DNA of 64,000 nt, from contig MU058444.1 in assembly GCA_013265495.1 (NCBI GenBank), positions 868,001 through 932,000 of the forward strand. The letters are read 5' to 3'. A program made the translations under genes and the position numbers. Of the stretch, positions 52,501 through 64,000 are shown in pieces (the first letter of the stretch is position 1; each line of letters opens with the position of its first letter). The DNA comes from Vicugna vicugna (Eukaryota). The notes beneath the pieces are model-generated. The model was not told the origin of the DNA and did not search any database. It saw nothing but the letters and a program-made list of their open reading frames with translations.

Positions 52501-52789
52501 AACAATTATTGCTCGAGTAAAGAATGCAGCCTCTTAAAGTAGGAAGAGAAAGTTTTGTTCTGTTTTGTTGTAATGGTTTTAATTATTGGGCAATATTTTG
52601 TTAAAGTCAGCATTATAAATTGAGAAACGAATGGAAAATGAGAAACACTTTACTCATCTCCTTAAATTAAGGATTACTATAAAATTTTGTTCAGCTATAA
52701 CAAAAATGTCCATTCTTCAGGCTATGTTATCACCCACACTTTTATTTTTAAAAGCAACTATTTAATGATCATTTCTGTGTGCTCATAAT

Positions 52790-52966
52790 GCTTGCCATCC
52801 TCTATCGTGGACCACATACTAAGGACTTGTTACACATCATCTCAATTTTCCCAGCAAACCTATAGGGTACGAGTTACTGACCTGGTTTTATAGACGAGAA
52901 ATCTGAGGCTCAGAGAGGTTAATTTCCTTCTAGTTCACCTAGCTAGAAAGTGGCAGATCCCAGGTT
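52790..52966 (-). mobile_element. MIR SINE relic (representative; others near 560, 14850, 25170, 26570, 31290, 40050, 48340, 62880, 63370, 63770)
   Basis: MIR core TTTTATAGACGAGAAATCTGAGGCTCAGAGAGGTTAA. Confidence 0.75.
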
Positions 52967-55900
52967 CAGAAAGATGTGTAGAGACAGACATTTCTGGAAG
53001 AAAAGGAAACACTGAAGACTGATTTAGGAGAAACGAGCACAAAAATAGGAAAATTTAGCAACGATGAGGTCTGAGTTAAAAAGACAAAAATAGACAAGGA
53101 TGAGAAGAAGGAATAAGATGGATGGAGTGGAAGTTTAGTTTCTTGATTACTTGTCATTTGCTCTGGAAACTTTGAAACATATAAAAGAAGAGAGAATAAA
53201 ATAATGAATCCTCATGTACCCACCGCCCTGTTTCAGTGATTACCAACTTGTGGTCAGTTTTGTCTCCTGCATAAACCTCGCTGCTGCTGAATTATGTTAA
53301 AAGAAAATCACATATGACACATTGGTTCATTTCATCTGTAACTGTTTCAGTATAATTCTCTAAAAAATAAGGGCTTTCTTTTTTTACAAGATGTAAATGA
53401 TCAAACCTAAAAAAATTCATTAATATTAGATATCTAGTCAATATTGAAATTTCCCTGTTACATAATGTCTTTTGACAGTTGTTGAATATTGCTGGAAAAA
53501 TGTCTCAAAAACTTGCCAAAATGTCAACCTCAAGTTTACATTAGAAAAACATTTCAGTCAGGCTCTCAGTGTTACACTGCAGTAACTCTTTTAATTTCCT
53601 GTTGACTTCATACTTTATTATTTATCTGTGCTCCATCTTTTTCATACCCATGCGAGCCTTCGCTGACCATAGCCCCAGAGGAAAGCTTGACCTCCAACCA
53701 TGAAGTATATGCTAAGAGCATCCAGTGACCATCACCTGATCTGTTTCCCTTCCTCCCTTTTAACAACACACTGCACTCCATTCAAACACTTCTTTTCGTT
53801 ACCACCCATTCTCTCCTTCCCTTCACTCTCAGCACATCTGTAGAACCTAATTCTAAGGGAAGCTCTTCCTCTGATGTCCATCCCATCCCATTCTGACACC
53901 ACTGAGATCACGTACCATTAACTGTATTACATCTTCCTTATTTAATTCTTTTGGTGTCCACCCTGCTTTTCCTGTATGCCTGCAAATGCTTAATTTTCAA
54001 TGGTTAACAAAAAAGAAAAAAAAAAAGACGTGGATGGATGAATGCATAGATAAATAGACAGAAAAAACAAAGAGCTTGGTCATAATTTTATTATAGCAGA
54101 TGTCACATTGATCTATGCTTCTAGGAACAAACCTCTCATAAAACTATGTGCTCCATGAGAGCACACTTCAGGGAGCCACTGAATTTCAATACAAATCTAT
54201 TGCATACCTGATGTAGTTCAGTGATCCCTACTTTGGGAGCTGAGAGTAACAGTAAATGCATTCAAGTTACGTGGAGTTCATTATGGAAAGATCTAACTAA
54301 CCCAATACTTACAAGACATCTATTCAGAAAGATCAGGTATGTTTTAGCCTAACAAAATCATTTTACAGCCTTGTGAAAACTTCTCTAAGTAAAACCTCTA
54401 TGTTAGACTAAAACATATTGGTATTCAGAGTGTAAGGCTGAAACTTACCAAACAATATTATAGTGCATACTGTATGTTACATATAAAATTTCACATGAAA
54501 TGGACACGTTTACTTAGGCTGTAGAAAGCTAAGGAGCAAAAAGCATTTATTCTTAATACCAGGCTCTCTTTTTTTCTGAAATCCATTTAGTACATTGCTT
54601 TCAACAAGCATTACTGACCCAGAAACTATCTATTTCCTAAGTGGATATTTTTCTTGATTTCTCTTACTCAATTCTTAAGCATTCTCTAGTTGTGTTGAAT
54701 TTTATTATAAATACAGTTATTAAAGAGCTCTGTTGATTTTTTTTTTAATTTGAACTCCTTATTAGCTTTTCTTCTGTTGGGAAAAAAAATAAATCCTTCT
54801 GTATATATGCAGGTAATTTCCAACGAAGTCTGAACCCTTTCAAATAATGCTTAGTATTTTGAAGCATAAAAGGTATAATATTCATCTTTTCAATTTTGAG
54901 GGTGATAATGACCTTTCCAAGGCTGCAGAATATTAACCCAAGGTATACTTACGTTTCATTCAGTATCTAGGTCCTCTAAAAGCATACTGCTAATAGTGTT
55001 CTATCCTAATGGATTACAATGGAAAAAAAAAAACAATATAGATTTCAGAATTAAAGTTCTGAAGATGGTGAAACATATTTCTAAGGAAATGCAAGTAATT
55101 CCATGTCAGCATTGTGGTAAACATTTTCTATCAAATCGATCGTGCTTTTCATTTTTCTTATCACTGCCTCACATTTAAAAAAATGATTTCACTGCATTTA
55201 TAAGCATAATATTACAATAAAAATGCTCTTTAGTCAATAAGGTTCCATAGAATTTAGATATTTTCAATATGAATGTTGCTATCAGATACATTTCCCAAGA
55301 TACTATTTTGTTCAGGTGTTTTCTATTTCAAGGTTTATATGGCTCTCAAGGTCAAGTCTAACCATGTGTCACATTTTCAAGATCCTTTGTAATCTGTATA
55401 AATCCTAAGTAAGTTTGTTCCCTACTCTTAAGTGGGATGATTTTTGTGTTTAACTTTACATTAATTCGATAAACATTTATTAAAATATTACTGTTATCTT
55501 CATTCTTATCTGTGCCTCTGTGTCTGCAATGCTAGCCTTCCAGCTTCAGGGGCTAAAAAATAATATTTATTCATTATTTAAGGCTTATCCATGAAGCCCT
55601 GTTAGTCTGTTTCATTCTGCTGGGTACCCACTCCTAAGAACCACGTACATACAGAACATCTTTTTTTTTCCTTTCTCCAAATTACTGTTACAGTGTGTTG
55701 CTTAACAGCTCTAGTGTCCTCTTCAAAATGGCCTTAAATTGTGTCATGAATATGATGTTATCATAAATTTATTATCAGGTGACATTATTTTAATTCAGTG
55801 TGTCTGGGTCACTTCAGGAAAATTTACTACTACGAGAAAGATAAGTAGAAACTGATATTCTTGAGTCAAGGTCTCTGAAACTATTAAAAGATGCAAATTT

Positions 55901-56697
55901 CACTCAGATCTTAAAAGTGATCCAGAATATCTTTCTAAAACATGTCTAAGTCTCCCATTGCTGATGAATGCATTCATTTCTTTACTTTTTCCTTTATCAA
56001 ACAGGAATAAAACACTAATTAATGAAGAAGAGAAGTATTTTGAAAGTATATAATATAGTAGTTTAGTGAATATTACCTAGTGTAACTGGTTTCGGCAATG
56101 ACTTATAAAGTCCTTTAAGGTACCTTTTGAAAAGCCTTATACTAATGAGGGATTATCACTTTCATTCCATTATATATAGTCATTGTGGTTACTTCTACAG
56201 CACAGGGCAATTTAGTTAACTAGCTGGGAATGTGATACCTTCAGATCAGGTTTGGTATTCCTCATTTCTAATGATCATTCCTTTCCAGAAATGTAACCCA
56301 CTGTTCAGGGAAAAAAAAAAAAAAAGCTACATTTTATTTTGCCTTTCTTGGTACAGCTGAAATTTTCTCTAGACTTTACATAATTTTCCAAGATCTCTAC
56401 TGGAGGTGCTGGAAAGTAGAACTCCCAATGTTACCCAACTCAGTTGACATCGGGTAAGCTTGTCAAAGATGTGTGATCTGGCCTCCTGAACTCTGCTGCG
56501 CTGTATTGTCTGTCACGCAGGAGAGAATGCCACTTGTTGTATATTTGATGTGCTAGAACCATCCATTGGCTGAGTGACTTCAGTTACTTTTTACAAACAG
56601 AAACCTTTATTTATTCTGGAAATGTGTTTTTGTCTATTTCCAAAGTCCCAAGAAATTGGTTATTTGAGACTATCTGGCAAATTAGAAATAAATTCTT

Positions 56698-56830
56698 AGG
56701 GGGAGGGTAGAGCTCAGCAGTAGGGTGCACGCTTAGCATGCACAAGGTCCTGGGTTCAATCCCCAGTGCCTCCATTAAAAAATAAATACATTAATGAATC
56801 TAATTACACCCCCCACCAAAAAATAAAATA
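56698..56830 (+). mobile_element. tRNA-Ala-derived SINE (vic-1-like)
   Basis: Typical head and tail. 12-bp TSD AAATAAATTCTT at 56686-56697 and 56831-56842. Confidence 0.92.
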
Positions 56831-56920
56831 AAATAAATTCTTTAGATAGGCTGATTAGTTTTTTTAAACAAATACCATGTTGTAGAATAGTTTCTTTGTT
56901 TTTAAAAAATTCCTTTCTGG

Positions 56921-57594
56921 ATTCCTCAAAAGACTAGGAATTGACTTACTGTATGACCCAGGAATCCCGCTCCTGGGCATATATCCAGAACAAACCCTAC
57001 TTCAGAATGACACCTGCACCCCAATGTTCATAGCAACACTATTTACAACAGCCAAGACATGGAAACAGCCTAAATGTCCTCCAACAGATGACTGGATAAA
57101 GAAGAGGTGGTATGTTTATACAATGGAATACTATTCAGCCATAAAAACTGACAACATAACACCATTTGCAGCAACATGGATGTTCCTGGAGAATGTCATT
57201 CTAAGTGAAGTAAGCCAGAAAGAGAAAGAAAAATACCATATGAGATTCCTCATATGTGGAATCTGAAAAAAAAAAACATAAATACAAAACAGAAACAGAC
57301 TCACAGACATAGAATACAAACTTGTGGTTGCCAAGGGGGTGAGGGGTGAGAAGGGAGAGACTGGGAGTTCAAAATGTAGAATAGATAAACAAGATTACAC
57401 TGTATAGCACAGGGAAATATATACAAGATCTTGTGGTAGCTCACAGAGAAAAAAAAGTGACAATGACTACATGTATGTTCATGTATAACTGGAAAATTGT
57501 GGTCTACACTGGAATTTGACACAACATTGTAAAATGACTATAACTCAATAAGAAAAGTTTTAAAAATTAATTAATTAATTAATTAAAAATAAAT
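56921..57594 (+). mobile_element. Young 5'-truncated L1 (open ORF2 C-terminus, 3'-UTR, tail), perfect 16-bp TSD
   Basis: Uninterrupted frame 56922-57266 (FLKRLGIDLLYDPGIPLLGIYP...MFIATLFTTAKTWKQPKCP...ILSEVSQKEKEK). TSD AAAAATTCCTTTCTGG at 56905-56920 and 57595-57610. Confidence 0.95.
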
Positions 57595-57989
57595 AAAAAT
57601 TCCTTTCTGGTTAAAAAAAAATTAGTGCCAGCCTGCTCCAGACATATATTTTTAAAGTTATCTTGTAAAATAAGTTTATTATATGGACATTTTTATGTCT
57701 TTATCTCAATGTCCTTACCATTCATTACTGCATAGTAAAATGCATTAATTAATAATTTGTGATTGTGATTCAAAGGTGTTTCGTGTGTTCAGTTTCATAG
57801 AGTATGTATGAGACACAGGTGAGGTTGTTATCACTCGGTCCTTCCTTCTTCCAGCACCTCATTGCCCATTTATAAATAAGGAAAGGATCATGGCAAGCCA
57901 TTGGAATGATTGAAATTGTTCATCCTAAAGAAAATCTGACTGAGTATGTGTTTCGCTGGTAGTTTGAAGAGTGTCATCAATTGTATAAT

Positions 57990-60900
57990 TTGAGTGTGGT
58001 CCGGTGTCTTTGAGCATCCTGTTGAAGTAAATCAAGCTGAGCTTCTCTATTATCCATGCCTTTCTTCATCTTCTAACACATTTGCCACATATCCATTCCA
58101 TGATCCTGCCTGCATTGTCACGTGTCTATCCCCAGGGCACTTCATTCCCTGTCATTTCTTTGACAGTGTTTGCTCCTTGGTCTCCGTCGCTCTTTCCAGC
58201 ACCACTCTTGTCTCAATTGCTGGCAATTTCAACAGACAAGAGATGCTTCCAAAGACCAATTCCTTTCCCATCTCTCCTCCCGCCATCTTGTCCTACATGT
58301 ATCTGAGCCATTGACTCCCAGTCATGTCCTTGATAGCATCCCAGTCTATGGCTGCAGATCCTGTATCCCCATCTGACCGCTTGTATTTATACTTCTGGTA
58401 CCTCTGCTGCCTGCTAGTGCCCAATGTTCCTTTATTTACTTGCTTATTTTTAACTTCCTCCTGTGGAAATTTTCAGAAGTTGAGAGAGTGGTATAGAACA
58501 CTCATGTACCACCAGCTAGCTTCAACAGTTATCGATTGGTTGCCAACTCTGGTTCGCCTTTTATAATGTGAAGTAAATATAAGGGGACATACAATTTTAT
58601 CTGCAACCTGTATTAGAATGTATATTTAAAAGATAAGACATGTCTATAAATTTTTATTCAAAATTCACATTTAAAATTCACATTTCCGCTCTCCAGCCAT
58701 GAACCTTTGGCCAAGTTACTCTCTGAATCACTTTCCTTATCAACAAAACAGACTAATTCCTGCCCAGCCAGCTTGTGGTGGGACTTAGATGGGCTGATAA
58801 AGAAAGACTGACACACAGCACTGTCTTTCTTATCTTTTTATGATTATATTACTGTCAGTGTTAAAATTCCTTCATAGTTAACTATCCTTTGGCGCCAGCA
58901 AGACCTCACATTCATTGATCCTACCCCCATTTCACTGCCTCAGCATCCACCATATCCTCTCTTCTCTCTTCACCTAATTTCAATGCCGTGGTCAATCATT
59001 TGAGCCACTCCACCCTACACCCACCCTCAGTGCTCCTTCCTTCTCTCACTTTGTCATACTCTTCTGGCCAGAACTGCATCCACGGTCAAACCAAATTCTT
59101 TGCCTGGTCCGTGTCAGGAGCACTGCACAACCACGTGGACCGGTCTCATTTTAAATTTATGATCCAGTGAGTCCTGAATGCTGCTCTGCACACACACAGA
59201 TGCTCTGCACACCTGTCCCCTTTTCTATCATCCTAGGTGACAGCTTCATGCCCGTTCCTCACACCTCGAACATGTCTTCCATAATCCAGGACCTTCTCAC
59301 TGAAGACCTTGCCTTCTGCCTCACTGAGAAAATGGAAGCGTTCAGAGGAGAATTCCCATCACTCCATGACCACATCTGCCCTTCCACCTGCATCTGCACC
59401 CTCATACCTGGCTTTCTGCCTTGGTGGCAGAGATGATCTTCCACTGGGTTTTATTCCCTGTGCCCTAATGACTTTATTTTTGCACTCGATCCTATTTTCA
59501 TTGCCCACTCACAGACCTTCCTCTAGAAATTCCTTATTTCCCCGTCCCACCTCCCACCATCATTAATTTCCACTCTTTCCTGGAACATTTTCTTAGCGTT
59601 CAGTCCTGCTCTTATTTCTTTCACCTTAAAACAAAAAATACAACTTCTCTTGTCTCAGCTTTACCCGCAGCTACTGCTCTGTTTCTCTGCTTCTGATTGT
59701 AGCCGAACTACTCAACAAGGGTCACCTGTCCCTGCTATTTCTAGTCTCTGTCCTCTCAATCGCTCTTAAACCCCTGCCCCCCGTAAAGCTTTTGCTCTCA
59801 CCACTCCACTAAAACTCCACCATGGATCTCATCAATAATCTGTATATTCCTAATCTGATGCCTGCTTAATCCCCATGTCACTTGGCCTTGCAGTAGGGTA
59901 TGGCACTCTTGAGGACACCCTTCTTCTTGACACATTGTCTTCACTTGGCTTCCAGGATGCCCACTTCTCTTAGTCTTCCCTTGCTGGCACCTCCTCTTGT
60001 ATTAGACCTTCTTACTATTCATCCAGTCTCTCTTGATGGCTTGGATTTAATGGTCATCTCTACACTATGACACCCAGTTGATATCTCTGGCCTAGACCTC
60101 AATGTTCCACTTGGATATCTAGGACCCTCAAACTTAACTTGTCTTCTGAATCTTTTACCTAAAATTCGGTACAGCTGCACCCTCACCTGTTTCAGTTGAT
60201 GACTACTCTTCAGGTTGGTGAGCCCCCAAATCTTCGAGTCATCCTCTTTTCCCCCTCTTTCTCACATTCCCACAGTCAGTCCATCCAGAAGTCCTTCTGG
60301 CTTAAAATATCCAGTGTTGGCCATTTCTCAGCATCACTGATGGTGACTGGTACCAGGAACATGCCTGTCCTAACCACCATCACCTCCCACTGGAATTGCT
60401 CCAGTAGTTCTAGTTGGCCTCCCTGTTTCTACCCTGCCTCCCAGCCTTAAAGTCTGTTCTTAATACAATAGCCAGAACAATCCTTTCTTAGACATAAATC
60501 AGACCATAGTATTAACTCAATAATAAGCCTCAACACTCATAACCTTATTCAAGGGGAGAAAAAAACCCCAAAGGCTTTAAAATGCCTTCAAGGTGCTGTG
60601 ATTCCCATCTCCCTTTCTCATTTTATTTCTACCCATGCTGTTCCTTGAACGTGATGTTGTGTCTTAGCTTTGCTGGTTCCCTCTGCCTGGAACACCATTT
60701 CTCAAAATATCCATCTTGCTGGTTTCCTCAATTTCTTTTATGTTATTGCTCAAAGGACATTTTCTCAGCATCTCAGAGACCCACCCTGAAAACTACAAAC
60801 CCCTGCTTCTCAATTTCCGGGGACCTACAATCCCCCTTGTGCTGCTCCATTTTTTCCCCCAATAGAAATCATCTTATAGCTTAGCACATAACGTATCTAT

Positions 60901-61005
60901 TCTCTGTTTTGCTTGTGGTTTCTTCCCCCATTAGAATGTAAGCTTCACAAAGGGCAGGGGTTCTGTCCTGCTTGTCTAGCGCGTAGTAGGTGGTCAGTTG
61001 AATAG
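57990..61005 (+). mobile_element. Long L2 relic (interrupted ~58440-58900 by L1M/MIR fragments)
   Basis: L2-like motifs: GACCTTGCCTTCTGCCTCACTGAGAAAATGGAAGC, TCTTCACTTGGCTTCCAGGA, and terminal TAGAATGTAAGCTTCAC..GGGCAGGG...GTAGTAGGTG. Confidence 0.75.
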
Positions 61006-61758
61006 ATTTCCCCTGCTTTCAGCATCATTTCCCTCCCCTTGCTTCTCAGTCAATAATGGTTCTGTTTCCCACAGTTAACTTGGACTCTCTCCATTTTAGG
61101 GGATATTAATTTGATATCCTTGAGATATTTCCCTCTGCATTTACCTTTTTAATCATATCTCCCTTTTGTCCATTTTTTTTCCCTTTTACTTGTTCTGTCT
61201 GGTAAGCTAATTTTAGGCATATGGATTTAATTTTCTGGTCTTCAAGTCTTCTTATACCTTTTCTTATCTTTGGTCCTTTCTTGGCTATATTTCTATTTCT
61301 AGAACATTTTTTTTTCTCTGCCCTAGTTCTCCAAGACTTTCATTCTTAAGAACTAGTTCCAGAAGTCTTGCTTTTCCCTGGAAAGGTTTCCCATGAAAAA
61401 CTGTAGCCCTGATTTCCACTTGCTACCAGCCATCCCCTCCATCGACCCGACAGGAAACCCTGATCACCAAGATTTGGATTCACGCTTCACTCAACCTTCT
61501 ACTGAAGTGCAGCTTCCCTTTGACTTAAAGCTGGTCGGCAGTTACTTGGTGTAACAGATCTGTATACCGTCCTTTGTTTATTTTCAATATCCTTTTTTAT
61601 CTTCTATTTTAGAAAACTGCACGAATATTTGTGTATACATTTATATACGCTATGTATTGAATTACTTTCTATTGAATTCGGTTTTTGCTGAAAGCAAGCA
61701 ATTTCTAGATCTTTCTCTATGGGGTGTCTAACATTGTTTCCTATTTTCTCTTTAACAG

Positions 61759-61923
61759 GTCATTGCTTTAGTGATGGATATATTCACAGATGTGGACATT
61801 TTCAAAGAAATAGTGGAGGCATCAACTCGAGGGATCTCTGTATACATTCTGCTTGATGAGTCCAACTTTAATCATTTCCTAAGTATGACTGAGAAACAGG
61901 GCTGTCAAGTTCAGCGACTCAGG
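61759..61923 (+). CDS. FAM83B: FAM83B coding exon 3 (aa 149-203)
   Basis: Acceptor tattttctctttaacAG and donor AGG|GTAAGA. 165 nt encoding [55 protein letters not shown], in frame with exon 2. Confidence 0.97.
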
Positions 61924-62638
61924 GTAAGAATTTCCTGGGTTTTTTTTGGTTTTTTTTCCCAAGGATCTTATCTCAGTCCAATCTAGGGCATGTGAAGCTA
62001 TGTTACTGCAAATATATATCGGATACTTAAGGTGATCCCAGAAATGTCCCCTTGTACCTTTTGGAATGTGACCTCACCATCTTTATGATGGTTTTACACG
62101 ATGCTTTACTTGATGGTGGGGCACTTAAGCTTCTGAGTCAACTTTGCTGCTGGTCATAATTAATGCTTCGGTTTTGCATGCCCAGCCTTGAAGCCGCTGG
62201 CTTGAGTGATTCTTTCATTCAGCGGGCATGACTCACTGCAATCATCTGGCACAGTGTTTTCAGTTACATCTGAGTCTTTTAAAGGAGGCTGGATTTTACA
62301 CTTGGTTATTTTGACATCGGCGACTAAAACCTGCAAGAACTTCTTGCAGTAGGACCCTAAGTGACTTACAAATCCATTCTGTGTAAATGTAAAGTAGTAT
62401 TTCCTATTTAAGGTATGTTAAAATACATATGTAAGTCACTGTTTTCCTTGAGTACTGCTTTTTTGGTGGTGTTTTAAAATTCGCCCTTCACTATGTTGTT
62501 GTTGTTGTTGCCTGGTTTTAAAAACTATTTCATGTATACTTTTTGGTGACTAATTTTTTTATATTGACACATATCTTGCTTTTCAGAATATCCCCTTTCT
62601 AGCCATAATTTTGACTTTGTATTTACATACTATTCTAG

Positions 62639-62763
62639 AACATTCGAGTGCGGACAGTAAAAGGCCAAGATTATCTTTCAAAAACTGGAGCAAAATTTCA
62701 TGGAAAACTGGAACAGAAATTTTTGCTCATTGACTGCCAGAAAGTTATGTACGGTTCCTACAG
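62639..62763 (+). CDS. FAM83B: FAM83B coding exon 4 (aa 204-245, pseudo-PLD motif); gene continues beyond window
   Basis: Acceptor tattctAG and donor CAG|GTAAGA. 125 nt encoding [41 protein letters not shown](S), in frame with exon 3. Not listed in the ORF track. Confidence 0.96.
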
Positions 62764-64000
62764 GTAAGATCACGGCGTTGACGTCCAGCATCACCAGTCA
62801 TTTCTAGAATTTTTTAGTTTCAAATTTTGATGTCATCTGTTTAGTTATTTCTTACAAAATAAAAGAAAAACCCTTGCATGGAAGCTTGGAGCCTAGAGTT
62901 TCAGTTGTGGCTGTGGCTGTGAAGAACATTAAGTCATTGGACAAGTCACAGAACTTCCTGGGGCTTCAAGTTCTTCCTCCCAAAATAAGGGAGTTGACTA
63001 ATATCTCAGCTTTCCTACAGCTCTAAAATGCAAGAAGTGTTGCTGTTCCTTATGAAAGCAGTATGAACCATAATAATTGTTCATAAAAATAGAAGTGGTT
63101 TATCACCTTGAAGAACCAGTCTAATGGACTACTCTGATTTATTATTATTAAGGATCTGATAATTATCAGATTGTCATCATGGTACTGCTGAAAAACCATT
63201 TAAGAGTCCAACTGTTAAAAATGCCATGGTGGACAGTAGACAAGGTTATTCAGCCCCAGATCTACTCTCTGGCATCTTTCCAAGCCACCCCGGCTGGCAT
63301 GTATCCATTCTCCTCTAGCTTGGCTCTTAGGTTTCATTCCCAGACTCTTACCCCTTATTGGACTGATCTGCAAGGCAGTTGTTTTTATCGCCATTTGATA
63401 AGTGATGAAACTGAAGTTCCAGAGGCTTTAGTCACTTGTCCAAGACATCACAGCTAACGGCCAGAGGCAGTCCAGGACTGGCGCAGTCTGGGTCCAGCTG
63501 GCTCCAAAGTATGATGCAGCCCCAATTCTCCCTTATCCATTCCAGGCATCAATCCTGAATGGAACACACAGTAGGGCTATATCAACAGGCAGCCAATAAC
63601 ACCAATAAACATGTGAACCGCTGGGTCATCAGAGCAGAGCAGACTCACCACTAAAGACAGTGGGAAGAGATGTGGATGTGAACAGGATGTGAAGGGGAAC
63701 TCTGGCCTCTTCTCTTAAGAACTTAAAAAGCCCACAAGAAGGAGGCAACACGTTGAAGGCGCTGGTCGTGGGCGAGTTACCTAACTTGGCTGCACTTGAG
63801 ATTGCTCCTCTGTAAAAGGAACCTAATCATCCATCTTACCTCGTGTCCTTGTCGTGAGAATGAAGTGTCAGAGGCTACGTTTTTGCTGAAAACATCAGCT
63901 CACTTTCCCTTCAAGCTCCTGGACCCTTTTCTGAACATCTTTTTTGGAGTTTTAAAGGAGAGCTTGTTTGGAGCAGAAATTACAACTCGTGCTCGAAGTG

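Noticed and set aside
57024..57266. ORFs at 27658, 47771 and 57024 as genes
   Set aside because: Fragments of L1 ORF2 in 5'-truncated elements.
58796..58834. Imperfect inverted repeat GATAAAGAAAGAC...GTCTTTCTTATC
   Set aside because: Short AT-rich hairpin next to a decayed MIR; too short for a pre-miRNA.
1..64000. CRISPR arrays, operons or other prokaryotic systems
   Set aside because: The sequence is clearly mammalian; no regularly spaced direct repeats or compact gene clusters were seen.

Overview
This is mammalian genomic DNA, most likely camelid (alpaca/llama/camel), judged from about ten copies of a tRNA-Ala-derived SINE resembling vic-1. The window holds the 5' half of FAM83B on the + strand. 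It has a CpG-island promoter with a non-coding first exon (~2.2-3.5 kb), a ~17 kb intron 1 and coding exon 2 (ATG at 19753). A 41.5 kb intron 2 follows, then coding exons 3 and 4; the gene continues past the window end. The three coding exons splice in frame to 244 codons covering most of the DUF1669 (pseudo-PLD) domain. The rest is intronic sequence filled with L1, L2, MIR, CR1/L3, MLT1, MER20 and SINE relics, and nearly all other ORF-track entries are noise. I see no new protein-coding system. The most unusual object is a ~230 bp element at 7.9-8.2 kb in which an L1 5' end is joined directly to an L1 3'-UTR, apparently at an AG acceptor that has a TACTAAC branch point in a sibling copy. This suggests a spliced, retrotransposed mini-L1 lacking both ORFs. 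Also notable are a twin-primed (inverted) L1 with TSDs, a possible intronic-polyadenylation isoform after exon 2, uORFs and recursive-splice-like sites. All repeat family assignments were made by eye and need RepeatMasker/Dfam confirmation.
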